The notes under the pieces are model-generated. The model did not search any database, had not been told where the DNA came from, and saw only the letters and a program-made list of their open reading frames with translations. Positions 23,009-35,200 of a stretch of 64,000 nt of DNA are shown here, piece by piece (position 1 is the first letter of the stretch; each line of letters begins with the position of its first letter). A program made the translations under genes and the position numbers. The stretch is from Ascoidea asiatica JCM 7603 (Eukaryota; Fungi; Ascomycota), in contig BCKQ01000012.1 of the NCBI GenBank assembly GCA_001600695.1, positions 210,807 to 274,806 of the forward strand, given 5' to 3'.

Positions 23009-26000
23009 GGTTTTTAAAAAATTATTAAAAATTTTAAGAAATAAATTATTTTCCTTAATTTCTCTAATCATATTTAAATTCTCATTCTTATTATTAGTTT
23101 TTTTAAAATCTAATTCATCAACATCTCTTTCAATATCATTTAATGAATAATTAATTAATTTTGTAAATATTTCTTCAATAATTCTTTCCATTATATCTAT
23201 TATCCTCTTATTACTATTATTATTACTATAATTATTAACATCTTTATTATTCTCAATATCTCGAATTATTAATAATATTTCATTAATAAAATATATCCAC
23301 ATTCTTTCACTACTCTTTAATTCATTTTTATCTTTATTTTTATCTTCATAATCTTCATTATTTCTCTCTTTCTCATTTTCACATAATAATATACCTTTAT
23401 TTATATATTTCCATATATCTTTCTCAATTTTTTCTTCATTTTCAATTTCTTCTTCTTCATTTTTTATAAATATAAATCTATTAATCTTTAATTTAATATA
23501 TTCAATTATTTTCTTTAATCCAATATCATTCATATTCATTTTTTCTAAAATAAAAATTATACTTGAAATTATTTCATATTCTTCTAAAATTTTTAAAATT
23601 TCTTTAATTAAATCTTCATCAATATCACCACCACTATCATTATTATTAAAAACTTTTAAATTCAAAAATTCATTTAATTCAATTTCATTTTTATAAAAAC
23701 TTAATAATTTTATAAATAAAATTTTATCTTTATCTTCAAAATAAAATTCTTTAATTTTATTTAATTTTTTAAAATATAAATATTGAATTTTAAAATTCTT
23801 AATTTTATAAATCTCTTTATTAATTTCATTAAAATATTTATTTATAATTAAAATAATCTCATCAATATTCTCATTTTTTTCAATATATTCAATTTCAATA
23901 ATTTTATTGAAATTTTTTTTAATTACATCTTCAATTTTTTTTTTTTTTCTCTCATCTTGATTATTATTACTATTATTATCATTATCATTATAATTATAAT
24001 TATAATTTTTTTTAAAAAATTTCAAAATTATTTCCTCAATTGTCATTCTTTCAATCGTGAAAAATTTATTCCTATTAATGTTATTATTATAATTACTATT
24101 CTTACTATTGTTAATCTTATTGATTTTATTACTCTTGATTTTTATCCATAATTCAATCATTTTACTATAATTATTTTCATTATTATAAACTTGAAATAAA
24201 ACATCATAAAATCTACTTTTTTCTAATAATGGTATAATACTTTTAAAATTTGATGGTTGATATATACTTAATAAACTTTCTAAACTTAATTCACAATCTT
24301 CTCTTAAATATTCATATTCATTTTCATATTCAAATTCAAATTCATTATCTTTAATATCCTCATTCTCATTTTCATTTTCATTTTCATTTTTATTGCTGTG
24401 CTCATTTAAATTATTCGAATATAAACATAAAATATCAATTAATTTACTACATATTGAATCACTAATTTTAATAAACTGTTGAAATTTTGGATAATTTCTT
24501 GAAATAAATATTGACAAATAAACTTTATCAATTTCATTAAATTCTTTTTCATTATTTTCAAAAATTAATAATAATATATCAATAATATATTGTCTATTAA
24601 TAATTATTTCATTATTTTTATTATCATTTTCTTCAATTTCATTTAAAAAATTATCTTCAAATGCTTCATTTAATGCTGATAATAATTCACTTGAATTGAA
24701 TTTTAATAATAAATATAAATATGGAAAATCAATATTTTCAAAATTTTTATCACTAAAATTTCCAATTTTTAAATCCTTTCCAGAATCTTCTTCAATGAAA
24801 TTTCCACTAAATAATATATGATATATTGAAGATTTTGCAATTTTATCATTTTTTATACTTTTATTTGTGGGATATTGTCTACCTGTTAATATAAATGATA
24901 AATATGTAAATACTTTTGAACAATTATATTTTTTTTCATCTTTTTCACTAATTTCAATAATTTCATTTAGATTTTTTTTTTTGGAAATTTCAATTTCATC
25001 ATCATCATTATTATTTAAAATTAATTCATTAATATTTCTTATAAATTTAATTAATGGAGTTCTAAAATCGTTTAATAATACATTCCAAACATAAATTGAA
25101 GTATCAATCAAATTATATTTATCACATAAACTTAAAGTCAAATCTATATTTAAAGTTTCAATATCTAATAAACATATCATTTCTTCTAAAATTTCACCTT
25201 TATTATTTGAAACATAATAGTTAACCATTTCACTAAATATCAGTGGAGATAATTTTTTCAATTTTTTATCCAAGATAAAAGGTTCTAAAATTTTAAAAAA
25301 AACTTCAAAATAATTACTTTCTTTAAATTTTTCAAATAGTTGTTCATATAAAGATTCATCTGCATTAATTGCAATACACGTATTTATACATGTATATAAA
25401 AAATTAGATAGTTGTCCCATTAAATTTTCTCTTTCTTGAAAATTTTGATATTGAAATTGATTCTCATTTTCATTTTCATTATTATCATTATTTTCATTAT
25501 TTTCATTATTGTCAATATTGTCATTTTCTTGGAATTGAATTTGTAAATTTTTTTTGTTATTTAATTTTTTCAAATTTTTGAAGAAAAATTTCATTGAAGC
25601 AAACATAATTTCTAATAAATTTTGATAAACTAATTTTTTGCGATAAACATCATTTTCAGGTAAACCATTTAAAATTAAATCACAATCAATTCCAAGATAA
25701 AATTTTCTTGCTTGATCTAAAGCTTCAATATAATTACCTAATTTAATTAATTCTAATAATCTATCAGCCCAATTTGATAATGAACCAACAATAATTTCAT
25801 TTTCACTTAATAAAAAAATTCTACCTTTATAAGATTTAAAACTATTATTAAAAAAATCATGAATTTTAAATTCATTATTATTACTAATTCTTCTCAGAAT
25901 TGGTTGATAAATATTTTGATGAAATAAATGACAAAATGATAAAACATCAATATTTGAAGATAATTTTTTCATATTAATTGTATTAATTAAAATAATTTGC

Positions 26001-27066
26001 TGACTTAAAGTTAAAATTGAAATAATTCTTGGATTAAACCATTGAATTGAAGTTATTGGTTCTTCAGAAATAAATCTTTTTTTATTTTGAATTAAAATTG
26101 AATTTTCAAAATTATTATCATATGGACTTTCTAAAATTGTTAAAATATTACTCCAAGAATAAGCTAATCTTGGTGGTAAATTTTTTATAAATTTATTATC
26201 ATTTAAACTTATTGATGGAAACCAAGATAAACAACCTGATAAACCAATATTTTTTAAATTTTTCAGTAAAAGTTTTGGTTTACCAATAGTAAATTGAGTT
26301 ATTAAATTTGGAGAAGTTGAAATTATTGCTAAAGTATTTGTTGTCATTAAAGCAATTAAGCACATTGAATCAGTTTTGTCAAATTTATTACCTAAAGGTA
26401 AAGTTTGACAAGCTAAAATTGTAGTTGAATTACCTAAAGAAGTTAAATTATCTAAAGAACCTCCATAAATTTTAAAATTTGTTGAAATTAAATTACCTAA
26501 ATAATCTCTATGACCATTATGACATAATAATAAACCATCAATATCTGCAGAAATTAGAGCAGTATGTCTATTAGAAATGAAATATAATTGATGAATTGGT
26601 TTATATTTTAAATGAGAAATTTTATTTGGATTTTTTTCTTTTTCAGATAATGAAATTGAATTTATAATTAATATTGGATTTTTTAAATGTTTAATTGAAT
26701 TTATATTCCAAATATAAATATCACCAGATTCATGACCAGAAGCAACATAAGTTGAATCAGAAGAAGTTGCTAATGAAGTTATTTTACCAGATTCTATTGT
26801 TAAATTATTAAATAATAAAAATTTCAAATTTTGATTATAATCAAAAATTATTATATAACCTTTAGTTGTACCAATAAATAATAAAGCTGATGGAATTATT
26901 ATAGTTGGTAAACCATAATTAATAATATAATGATCAGAAAATAAAACATTAGTGATTTTTTTTAATGGTAACCATCTTATAGTTTCAAATCTATCATCCA
27001 ATAATAAGTCTTTTTTATTATTATTATTGTCAATACTACCTGAAGGTAAAGAGTTTGATTGATCAA

Positions 27067-27100
<34 letters not shown>

Positions 27101-27547
27101 AGAAAATAAAATACTAATTCTTGTTTGAAATCTATCATCAAATTTTTTTTTAATTGAATAATTATCTAACGAAGAAAATGAAGATAAATTAGAATTTGAG
27201 AAATTAGATAATTTTCTTAAATTTAAGTTATTTTTAAATGAATTGAATAGAAAATTTTTACTGAAACTGTTGTTATTATTGTTAATATTACTAATATCAT
27301 TATTAGTATCACTTATACTTCCAATATCACTTTCAAATAATTGATTATTATTGTTAATATTATTATCATCAATTAAAATTTGATTTTCAGTTTCTTCTTT
27401 TGTATTTATATCAGAGTTATCATGAGAATCATTATGAATTTTGTCATCTATTTGGCTTATATCATTCAATTCTCTGTCTTTGGATGGACTTGATTCAAGA
27501 TTATCATTGATTTGATCAATCTGATTTATTGAGTTCATTGAATCCAT
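22421..27547 (-). CDS. VPS8: CORVET subunit Vps8
   Basis: IRWLPLKKI, WD40-like region (IGTTKGYIIIFDYNQ, TYVASGHESGDIYIW), GCLSWFP, RLAYSWSN, LSNWADRL, FILTGRQYP, FISRNYPKFQQFI, C-terminal RING (CKIC...FKCGHGFHKKCL...CPIC). The track start at 27568 is TTG; the first in-frame ATG is at 27547. Confidence 0.92.
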
Positions 27548-28263
27548 TACTTGAGTGATCTGTTGCAATTGATCTAAATGAAAAATAAATGAATTGTGTT
27601 GTATGATTTTATATTATAATAATTAATATTGTTTTATATTATTTTATTTTACTCTTTTTAGCTATCAGAAATCTGTAAATCATTTGTTGGATTCCCATTG
27701 ATTAAAGTATGAGCGGTTGATAATTACCATGAATATGAATCAGTGTTGTTTATCAATTGAACTTATTGCTATGCTATATTTTTTCCTGTGTTGTTCTTGT
27801 TCTTGTTCTTCTATATTACCATCTCAGTCTTCTCTAACATCATCTATATCATCATATATACACTATTTCTCTGTCTTCCTTCCCTCTTCAATCTCCCATT
27901 TTCTTCTCCTTTTTCAACCTTCTTTTATTTCTTCTTTTCTTCGTTTCAAGATTCAAAATAGCATAAATCACGTGTATAGTCAGCTGACTGGTTTGAGACC
28001 ATTTAGATGGGGTTTTGTTGAGTTAATCGAGGCTCTCTGCACGTGATAACAATGAAATATAAAAAGGGTCTTCAACACTGTTAATAATACCAAAAGGTAT
28101 TGATAATTCAAAACAAGGTAATGTTATAACGTTAGTGAATTTCAAAAAAATGTATTTTCTTTTTGTTATTATTTTACGATCTACATCTTATATTTTACAT
28201 TGGTCTAACTTTTCTTAGAAAAACTTAAGCTGTAAACAAATAATGAATTGTGTTTATCTTCTC

Positions 28264-29709
28264 CTAAAACTTATCAAAATATAATTCAGTATATCTTACA
28301 AATTGAATTATACTGCATATATACAGTAAAACTTCACACATACTACATTTATATTCAAGAAAACATTGTTTATTATCATGACTTGAGATTTTATTTGATG
28401 AAAAATTTATATATTCTAAATTTTTTAAATTTTCAATTTTTGTTATACGATTATATTTAAAAAATAATTTTTTTAAATTTTTTAAACTATTTAAATTTTC
28501 TAATTTAGATATTTTATTTACTGAAAAATTTAAAACTGTTAAATTTCTTAATTTATTTAAATTTTCAATTTTAGTAATACCATTAAATAATAAATATAAT
28601 CTTTTTAAATTAATTAAATTATCTAAATTTTTTAGTTTAATTAAATAATTTCTAGTTAGATTTAAAACTTGTAAATTTTTTAATAATAAAAGTTCATGAG
28701 ATAATCTTAAAAGTGAATTATTTGATAAATCTAAAAAAATTAATGAATCTGGTAAATTTTCTAAATTTAAAATTAAAGTATTATTAAGATATAAAAATTT
28801 TAAATTTATAAAATTTTGAAAATATTTTGGAATTTTTTTTAAACTTAGAAATTTTAAAGCAATAAATTTTAATTTTTTTGAATTTTTTAAATTTTCTAAA
28901 TTTTCTAAAATTTCTAAAATTTCTATATTCTTGGGAATTCGAGAATCAAAACCTTCATAAGATCTTAGATATAAATATTCAAGATTTGAAGAAAATTTCA
29001 AAATTTTTAAAATATTATTATTTCTCATATATAAATCTATAAATTTTTTTAAATTTTTACAAGATAATAAAAATTCATTTGAAAAATCATAATTAAGATC
29101 TAGAATTAATTTTGAACTTGAAAACTCATTAAGTGATAAAATTTTTCTTGCTTCAACCCCAGAATTAAAGTTAAATTCAAATTCAATATAATTCTGATTT
29201 TTAAAAGTTTTCCAGAATCTATTTTGATAAACAAATTTTTTTAAATTTTGAAATTGATTAATTGAATTTGAATCTAAATTTGAATTTGAATTTGAATTTG
29301 AATTTGAAACTGAAAGTAAATTTTTTAAAATAAAAAAAGTTTCATGATTTACTTTTAAATTAGTTATAAAATTTGAATTTTGATTAAAAAATTTTTTAAG
29401 AAAATTTAAACTAATTTGAAAAAAATTTGTATTTTTCCAATCTATTTTATCAACTAGTAAAGTTAATGAATCAGATTTTTTTAAAAACAAAGAATTTTTT
29501 ACAAAATTTTTTTCTTTTAAAAAATAAGTTAAAACGGTTCTTCCTTTTATTTCATGAAAAATACTAATATTTTTAAAAATTATAGCTTTTGAAAAATATT
29601 GAATTAGTGGAATATCACTCTGAGTGAGTGATAATAAATTTTCATTATCTAAATAATTTAATATTTGATGGATTATGATAATGGGAATTTGATATTTGAG
29701 TATAATCAT
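28264..29709 (-). CDS. F-box-like plus SDS22-type leucine-rich-repeat protein
   Basis: N-terminal IPIIIIHQILNYLD..NLLSL (F-box-like); repeated LxxLxLxxNxIxKIENL units in the C-terminal half. Confidence 0.78.
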   Translation of the reverse strand: MIILKYQIPIIIIHQILNYLDNENLLSLTQSDIPLIQYFSKAIIFKNISIFHEIKGRTVLTYFLKEKNFVKNSLFLKKSDSLTLLVDKIDWKNTNFFQISLNFLKKFFNQNSNFITNLKVNHETFFILKNLLSVSNSNSNSNSNLDSNSINQFQNLKKFVYQNRFWKTFKNQNYIEFEFNFNSGVEARKILSLNEFSSSKLILDLNYDFSNEFLLSCKNLKKFIDLYMRNNNILKILKFSSNLEYLYLRSYEGFDSRIPKNIEILEILENLENLKNSKKLKFIALKFLSLKKIPKYFQNFINLKFLYLNNTLILNLENLPDSLIFLDLSNNSLLRLSHELLLLKNLQVLNLTRNYLIKLKNLDNLINLKRLYLLFNGITKIENLNKLRNLTVLNFSVNKISKLENLNSLKNLKKLFFKYNRITKIENLKNLEYINFSSNKISSHDNKQCFLEYKCSMCEVLLYICSIIQFVRYTELYFDKF

Positions 29710-30131
29710 TTTATTGAATTGAATTGAATTGAATTGATATTTGATATTTGATATTTGAGATTCATCTTAAGTTATATATATTTATATGAAAATAAATAGG
29801 ATTCAAATAATGTTATACTTCATCTATTTTTTCTCAATTTCAATTGATTTATGTCAGATCCATGATTGTTTAAGATTTAAAATTTAATTTTAAATTTAAA
29901 CAAATTTATATAGATATAAAAAAAATAATCTTTAATCATACTTATTCTAGTTAATATAATTGAATCAATTAATTATATTTCATTTATAAAACATTTATTA
30001 ATCAATAATTACTTGTTTATTTTCATGTTTGTTTTAAATTTTGTTTGTTGTTGAGACCATAATTCTGGAACTCTTTAGAAACCCATAATAATAGTTGTTC
30101 AATAACAAGTTTATTTGATTATTCTATTCAA

Positions 30132-30175
<44 letters not shown>
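30132..30175. repeat. (GATT)11 microsatellite
   Basis: Directly visible. Confidence 0.95.
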
Positions 30176-30177
<2 letters not shown>

Positions 30178-31006
30178 ATGTTTATCATTATTATAATCAT
30201 TATTAAAGATTCTTTATAAGATATTTTAATAAAAGTACGACTACTTTTCTAATTTTGAATTCATGTTGTAAATATTTATCGGCGCTATCCACGATAATGA
30301 ATAAATTTCTTAACTTAATTAACTAATAGTGTATTTTATCATTATTATTATTATTATCATTATTATAAATGACTTTTGCTATTAAATATTCTCTAAAACC
30401 AAAACTATTTCCATTACTTTCAGAATAATCATTCCAATTGAATAATAACAATAATAACAATAATAACAATAATAACAATAAACAATCAACAATAAAAAAT
30501 AAACAATCTTTTCTCTTCTTCTTCTTCTTCTTTTCTTTGCCCTTTGTTTTATGTCAATTTCAATTTCGGTGTTTGTGTTTGTGTTCCGGGGGTAAGCAAA
30601 TCTGAAAATAAACATCACATGACCGTTTTTTTGATATTTCACCCGGAATGGATTGAATTACGGTAGATTTATTTGCAGAAGAAACAAAAAAAAGAAGAAG
30701 AATATCACTTGGATTTAATACATATGAGTTAGTTGATTATATGGAAGCTATGATATGATATGATAGATCAATTACTAGGAAATGAATAAAAAGATAATTC
30801 AAATGAATCAACAAGAGATGATTTGAGAAATTTCAATGGATGAAAAATCTTTTATCCGAATTTTGATTAAAAAATAAATATTATTTAAGAATATTGACAG
30901 GAATTATTAAAACTAACATTAATATTAATATTTTATTTCAATTCAATTCAATTCATAAACTAATTATAATTATACTATCTGTATAAGTTAATAAGTTATG
31001 AAAAAT

Positions 31007-32155
31007 TTATAATTTTGGTGTAAATAAATATTTATCAGAAACTAAATCTGCAACTTTTTCTGCAACTCCAAAAGATAATTCATATCCCATACCACCTGCA
31101 CCATATGCATTAATTAAAAATTTATCATTATAATTTTTAATAATTTCTTTATTTAATTTAAAACCATTTTTTCTAAAAGGTCTAAAACCAACTATAATTT
31201 TTTCAATATCAAATTCATTATTAATTTCTAATAATTCATTAAAATATTTTTTACCATTTTTAATTAAATTTTTAGTATCATTATTATTAATATTAAAATT
31301 TAAATCATTAATTTGTTTTGTACCTCCAATAATATATTGATCTCCATTATTTGGTCTTTTTATAATAAATATCCATTCACCATTATCTAATTGAATAGTT
31401 ATAGTTTTTTTATTATATGGATTTTTATAAATTTCTTTAAATCTCATTTTTTTTGGTTTTTTAATTAATAAAGTTTGACCTCTAATTAAAATTATATCTT
31501 TATCATAACCACCAAACATTTGTAAACCTTTACCAGTTGAATTTATAATACCTTTAAATTTTAAATAATTTAAATTTGAAAAATTTTTTTTACAATATTG
31601 AAAAACTTGATCAATTGAAATTAAATCTTGTTTAATAATTTTAATTTTATAATGATTTTTTAAATAATTAAATAAAAATTTTAAAAAAAATGGTGCATTT
31701 ACAACCCAAGTTTCATATTCACAACCAAATTTAAAATTTTTAAAAGGTAATTCATCTTTTGAATAAATTTTAAAATTATTTAAAGTTTTTGATGAATAAC
31801 TTAAATTATTTTCAAAATTATTATAACCAAAAATTTTATCATTTTCTAAAAAATCAACACCTTTTAAAAATTCAATTGAAGTTTGATTACCAAATTTATT
31901 AACTAAATTTTTAAATTTTTTAAATGTAATTCTATTTAATTTCATTTCATTTATATCATTAATATTTTTTGATGGAAATGGTCTAAAATGTGCTCCAGCC
32001 CATAATGAAGTATAAGTATTTAATTGATTTATATCATTTGGTAAATCTTTTGAAATTAAAATTACATTATAATCTCTTTCACATAATTCATAAGCAATTG
32101 ATAAACCAATAATACCTGCACCTAAAACAACAACTGATTCTCTTGTATCTTCCAT
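31007..32155 (-). CDS. D-amino-acid / D-aspartate oxidase family flavoenzyme, possibly peroxisomal
   Basis: VVVLGAGIIGLS FAD-binding motif, YTSLWAGAH, IRGQTLL, IGGT, VGFRPFR, YGAGGMGYELSFGVA; ends in PKL (PTS1-like). Confidence 0.9.
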   Translation of the reverse strand: MEDTRESVVVLGAGIIGLSIAYELCERDYNVILISKDLPNDINQLNTYTSLWAGAHFRPFPSKNINDINEMKLNRITFKKFKNLVNKFGNQTSIEFLKGVDFLENDKIFGYNNFENNLSYSSKTLNNFKIYSKDELPFKNFKFGCEYETWVVNAPFFLKFLFNYLKNHYKIKIIKQDLISIDQVFQYCKKNFSNLNYLKFKGIINSTGKGLQMFGGYDKDIILIRGQTLLIKKPKKMRFKEIYKNPYNKKTITIQLDNGEWIFIIKRPNNGDQYIIGGTKQINDLNFNINNNDTKNLIKNGKKYFNELLEINNEFDIEKIIVGFRPFRKNGFKLNKEIIKNYNDKFLINAYGAGGMGYELSFGVAEKVADLVSDKYLFTPKL

Positions 32156-32817
32156 TTTTATAATTATTATTATATTAGTATTTGTGATTGAAATAGAGAA
32201 TAAAAAGATAGAGAGAAATGAAGTATTTAAATAGTATTTTTAAGAACTAAATTAATGAATAAAGGGTAAATAAAGTGTAAATTAGAAATGAGGGAACTAA
32301 GGTTAATTTTATTTTTTAATCGGATATATAAATCCAAATCGGAGTTGTAAATGCTTGAGTAATATGAATAGTAACGTTATTTTAATCTAAATTAGAAGCT
32401 AAATAAGTTTTGAATGAGATAATTGGATTATAAAATTGAAGATAAGATGATATGAATATGGAATGTGGAATATTGTATATTGTATATTGTATATTGTATA
32501 TTGTATTGAAATATGTTCAGAAAGATGTTTTTACTCTGGTGATTTTGGTGATTTTGAATCCATTGAGGATGCAGAAGTTGATTATGGCTTAGAAGAGAGA
32601 AAAGTGGAAATAGAAAAGAAACCAGAATTGAGGTACTTTTTCTTGAAATTTAGAAAAATAAAATTCTAAAATCGAGACCATTATTAAGGTACTTGTTTGT
32701 ATTCATGTAATTTAGAGGTCTGTAGGAATATAATAGGGGGTCTGTATATTTGGAGACCATTTTAATGGTGCTTTACTTTATTAAAATTATTTTTAATCAT
32801 GAGATGTGAATAATAAG

Positions 32818-32821
<4 letters not shown>

Positions 32822-32848
<27 letters not shown>
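32822..32848. repeat. (AG)n microsatellite
   Basis: About 13 units, directly visible. Confidence 0.9.
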
Positions 32849-32853
<5 letters not shown>

Positions 32854-34719
32854 AATATAAATAAGAAAGAGAATAAATGAGGTAATATAAATAATGAATA
32901 TAATATTCAATTAGATAATTATTGTAATATTGTGTTATTCAATTATTCGAATAGATTATATATAATTTTAAATTAATCGAATACTTTTTATTTATTTATT
33001 ATACAGTATGTTATTAAATACGAATAATTTATGTAATAAGGTAATAAAGTAATAATTGGATATTTTAATAAAAATTTAATGGTAATTGTTATTCGGATAA
33101 ATTAACGAACCGGTTTTTTTAAATATTTATTGAATATTTATTGAATATTTATTGAAAAAGATGATTAAAATGAAATTGAAAATAAATAGAAAATAAATAG
33201 AAAACAAAAGTAATATTGAATCCGATTTTCATCGGATATTTAAAATAATTTTTCAAATTTCAATAAATAAATAATAAACAAATAAACAAATGAATAAATA
33301 ATAAATAATAAATACGAAATTAATGAAGAAAATAAAGTATTGAATAAAGTATTGTTTTGAATAAAATTTTCAAAAATGAAATTTGAATTATTAAATAGTA
33401 TGGTAATAAACCGAATTATTAGAGAAGAATAAATTAGTAATAGAAATATTGAGAGTAATAAAGATAATAAAGAATGCAGCAACAATTTTCAGTTTTCAAT
33501 TTTTAATTTTTAATTCCTTTTTTTAAAGTGTAATCGGGATTTTCAGTAATTACATCATTGTAGTTTTATAAGAAAGGTTTTTCAGGTAAGTGAACTTTAT
33601 AAACTAATGAAGTCTGTGTTAATGGGATTATGTTAATATTTAAAATTTATTAACATTTTAATAATAAAATTCTGCGGGATGATTAAAATAAGTAATTTAT
33701 ATCCCATTTAAATTTGACTAAATAGGTATATCGGATATAATTTAATATTTTAATATAATAATATTAGAGATATCATGATCATGGTTTCAAATATTGTTTT
33801 AAATAATAATTAATAGTAATAAAAATAGAGTACAATGATAAGATAATATTAAACCAAATTAATGGTTATTTTGAATGAAGAATAAAAAAAAATGAATTGA
33901 AAAATGAAATTTTTAAGTGAGAAGATTAAATACTTAATTAAGAATACATTTTAATATGAAAATAAGTAAACAAAAAAAAATTACTTAATTTGGAGTTGGC
34001 ACGAGGTTGAAAAAGAAAGTAAAAAAAAAAAAGTGAACGTAATAACAGGAGATGATAGAGGAATAGAGGAATAGAGGAATATAGAAATATAATAATAAAA
34101 TATATTTATGGCTAATTTCGAACAAATTTAGAAATAAATAGCTCGAAATGGAGTTGTGACTGCTTTAAAAAGATTTATGATTGGTAAAAAAAACCGCAGA
34201 ATGCGAAGAGGTTCATTAAAAAGCTTAATGGTCCAGGAAAATCAGGAAGCGGACGTGGAGATGCATTTACGAAGATCTGAATCACAAAGTTAAAGCAAAT
34301 GTCATGTTTTTAAATAAATTGGGATACTTTACTAATGGGATCTATTCTTGAATATGAAATAAATAGGGTAATAAAATAATAAGATAATGGTGTAATTAGG
34401 TAATAGGGTAATATTACGGTGAAATAATTCAATAATAATAATATAATAATAAATTATTAATGTAAGACAATTGAGATATTTAATTTAAATTGAAATTAAG
34501 ATCGAATTGAATCAGATGAAAGACTTTGAAGAAAACAAAAAAGAGAATAATAAAGACAAAAGTAAGACTTGAAATAACCAATAGAATGATAATAGGAAAA
34601 TAGATAAAAGAGTATGAAAAATAATTGACTAATGTAAAAGCAATTGACTAAAGGTTGAAAATTAATTGACCAGTAATTTTCCGGTGTGGAGATAAATAAT
34701 TAAAAAAATGATTAGTTGC

Positions 34720-35200
34720 GGTCCAGATAAGAAGCGCGCGGTGGCGGATATGAGTAGCAAATAGCTGTTAGTTCTATGGAAATCATAGGAAATCATAGGA
34801 AATATTAACAAATATCAGGAAATAGTACATGTTAATAGCTATCAGTACGTTGCACTCCCGCTATCAGTAGCTTCGGAAGAACCTTTTGGGGTAAAAGAAA
34901 GTAAGAAAGAAAAGCGGTGGGATTTCTTATCCAATTCACACACCACACAAAATACAGACAAAAGCCAGACAAAAGCAATGGCAACGCAGAGTTCTGGTAC
35001 GTCTCCAGCTGGAACGGGCCAGATTCGTCCAACGAGAGCAGAGCCGACCAGCCGGAGAGGTGCCAAGACGCCAGCCACTGTGTCGGGCCGTGCACGCGGG
35101 CAGAGACACCTGCAACCCGCGTGCTGATACATGATCTGAGGATCGTTCTTGGTCGTGGTGGTAGTAAACAGGCTCCAACACCGCGCGAGCTCTAAACAAA
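34720..35200. promoter_or_regulatory. GC-rich upstream regulatory island of PMA1
   Basis: Sharp GC-rich block 1.1-1.5 kb upstream of the PMA1 ATG, with GCGCGCGG (~34735), TGCCAAGA (35061-35068) and CGCGCG (~35182). Confidence 0.55.

Noticed and set aside
27548-27960. Possible upstream exon for VPS8 (frame open beyond the first ATG; TAG at 27576-27574)
   Set aside because: No branch point or donor found, and the upstream purine-rich stretch contains stops; ATG 27547 is the simpler start.
30614-30865. CDEI-like ATCACATG with a downstream TCCGAA as a point centromere
   Set aside because: The spacing (~235 bp) and intervening composition do not fit CDEI-CDEII-CDEIII, and there is no CDEIII consensus.
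33584-33725. Strong donor-like AG/GTAAGT at 33586
   Set aside because: No good branch point and acceptor pairing, and no coding exons could be assembled.
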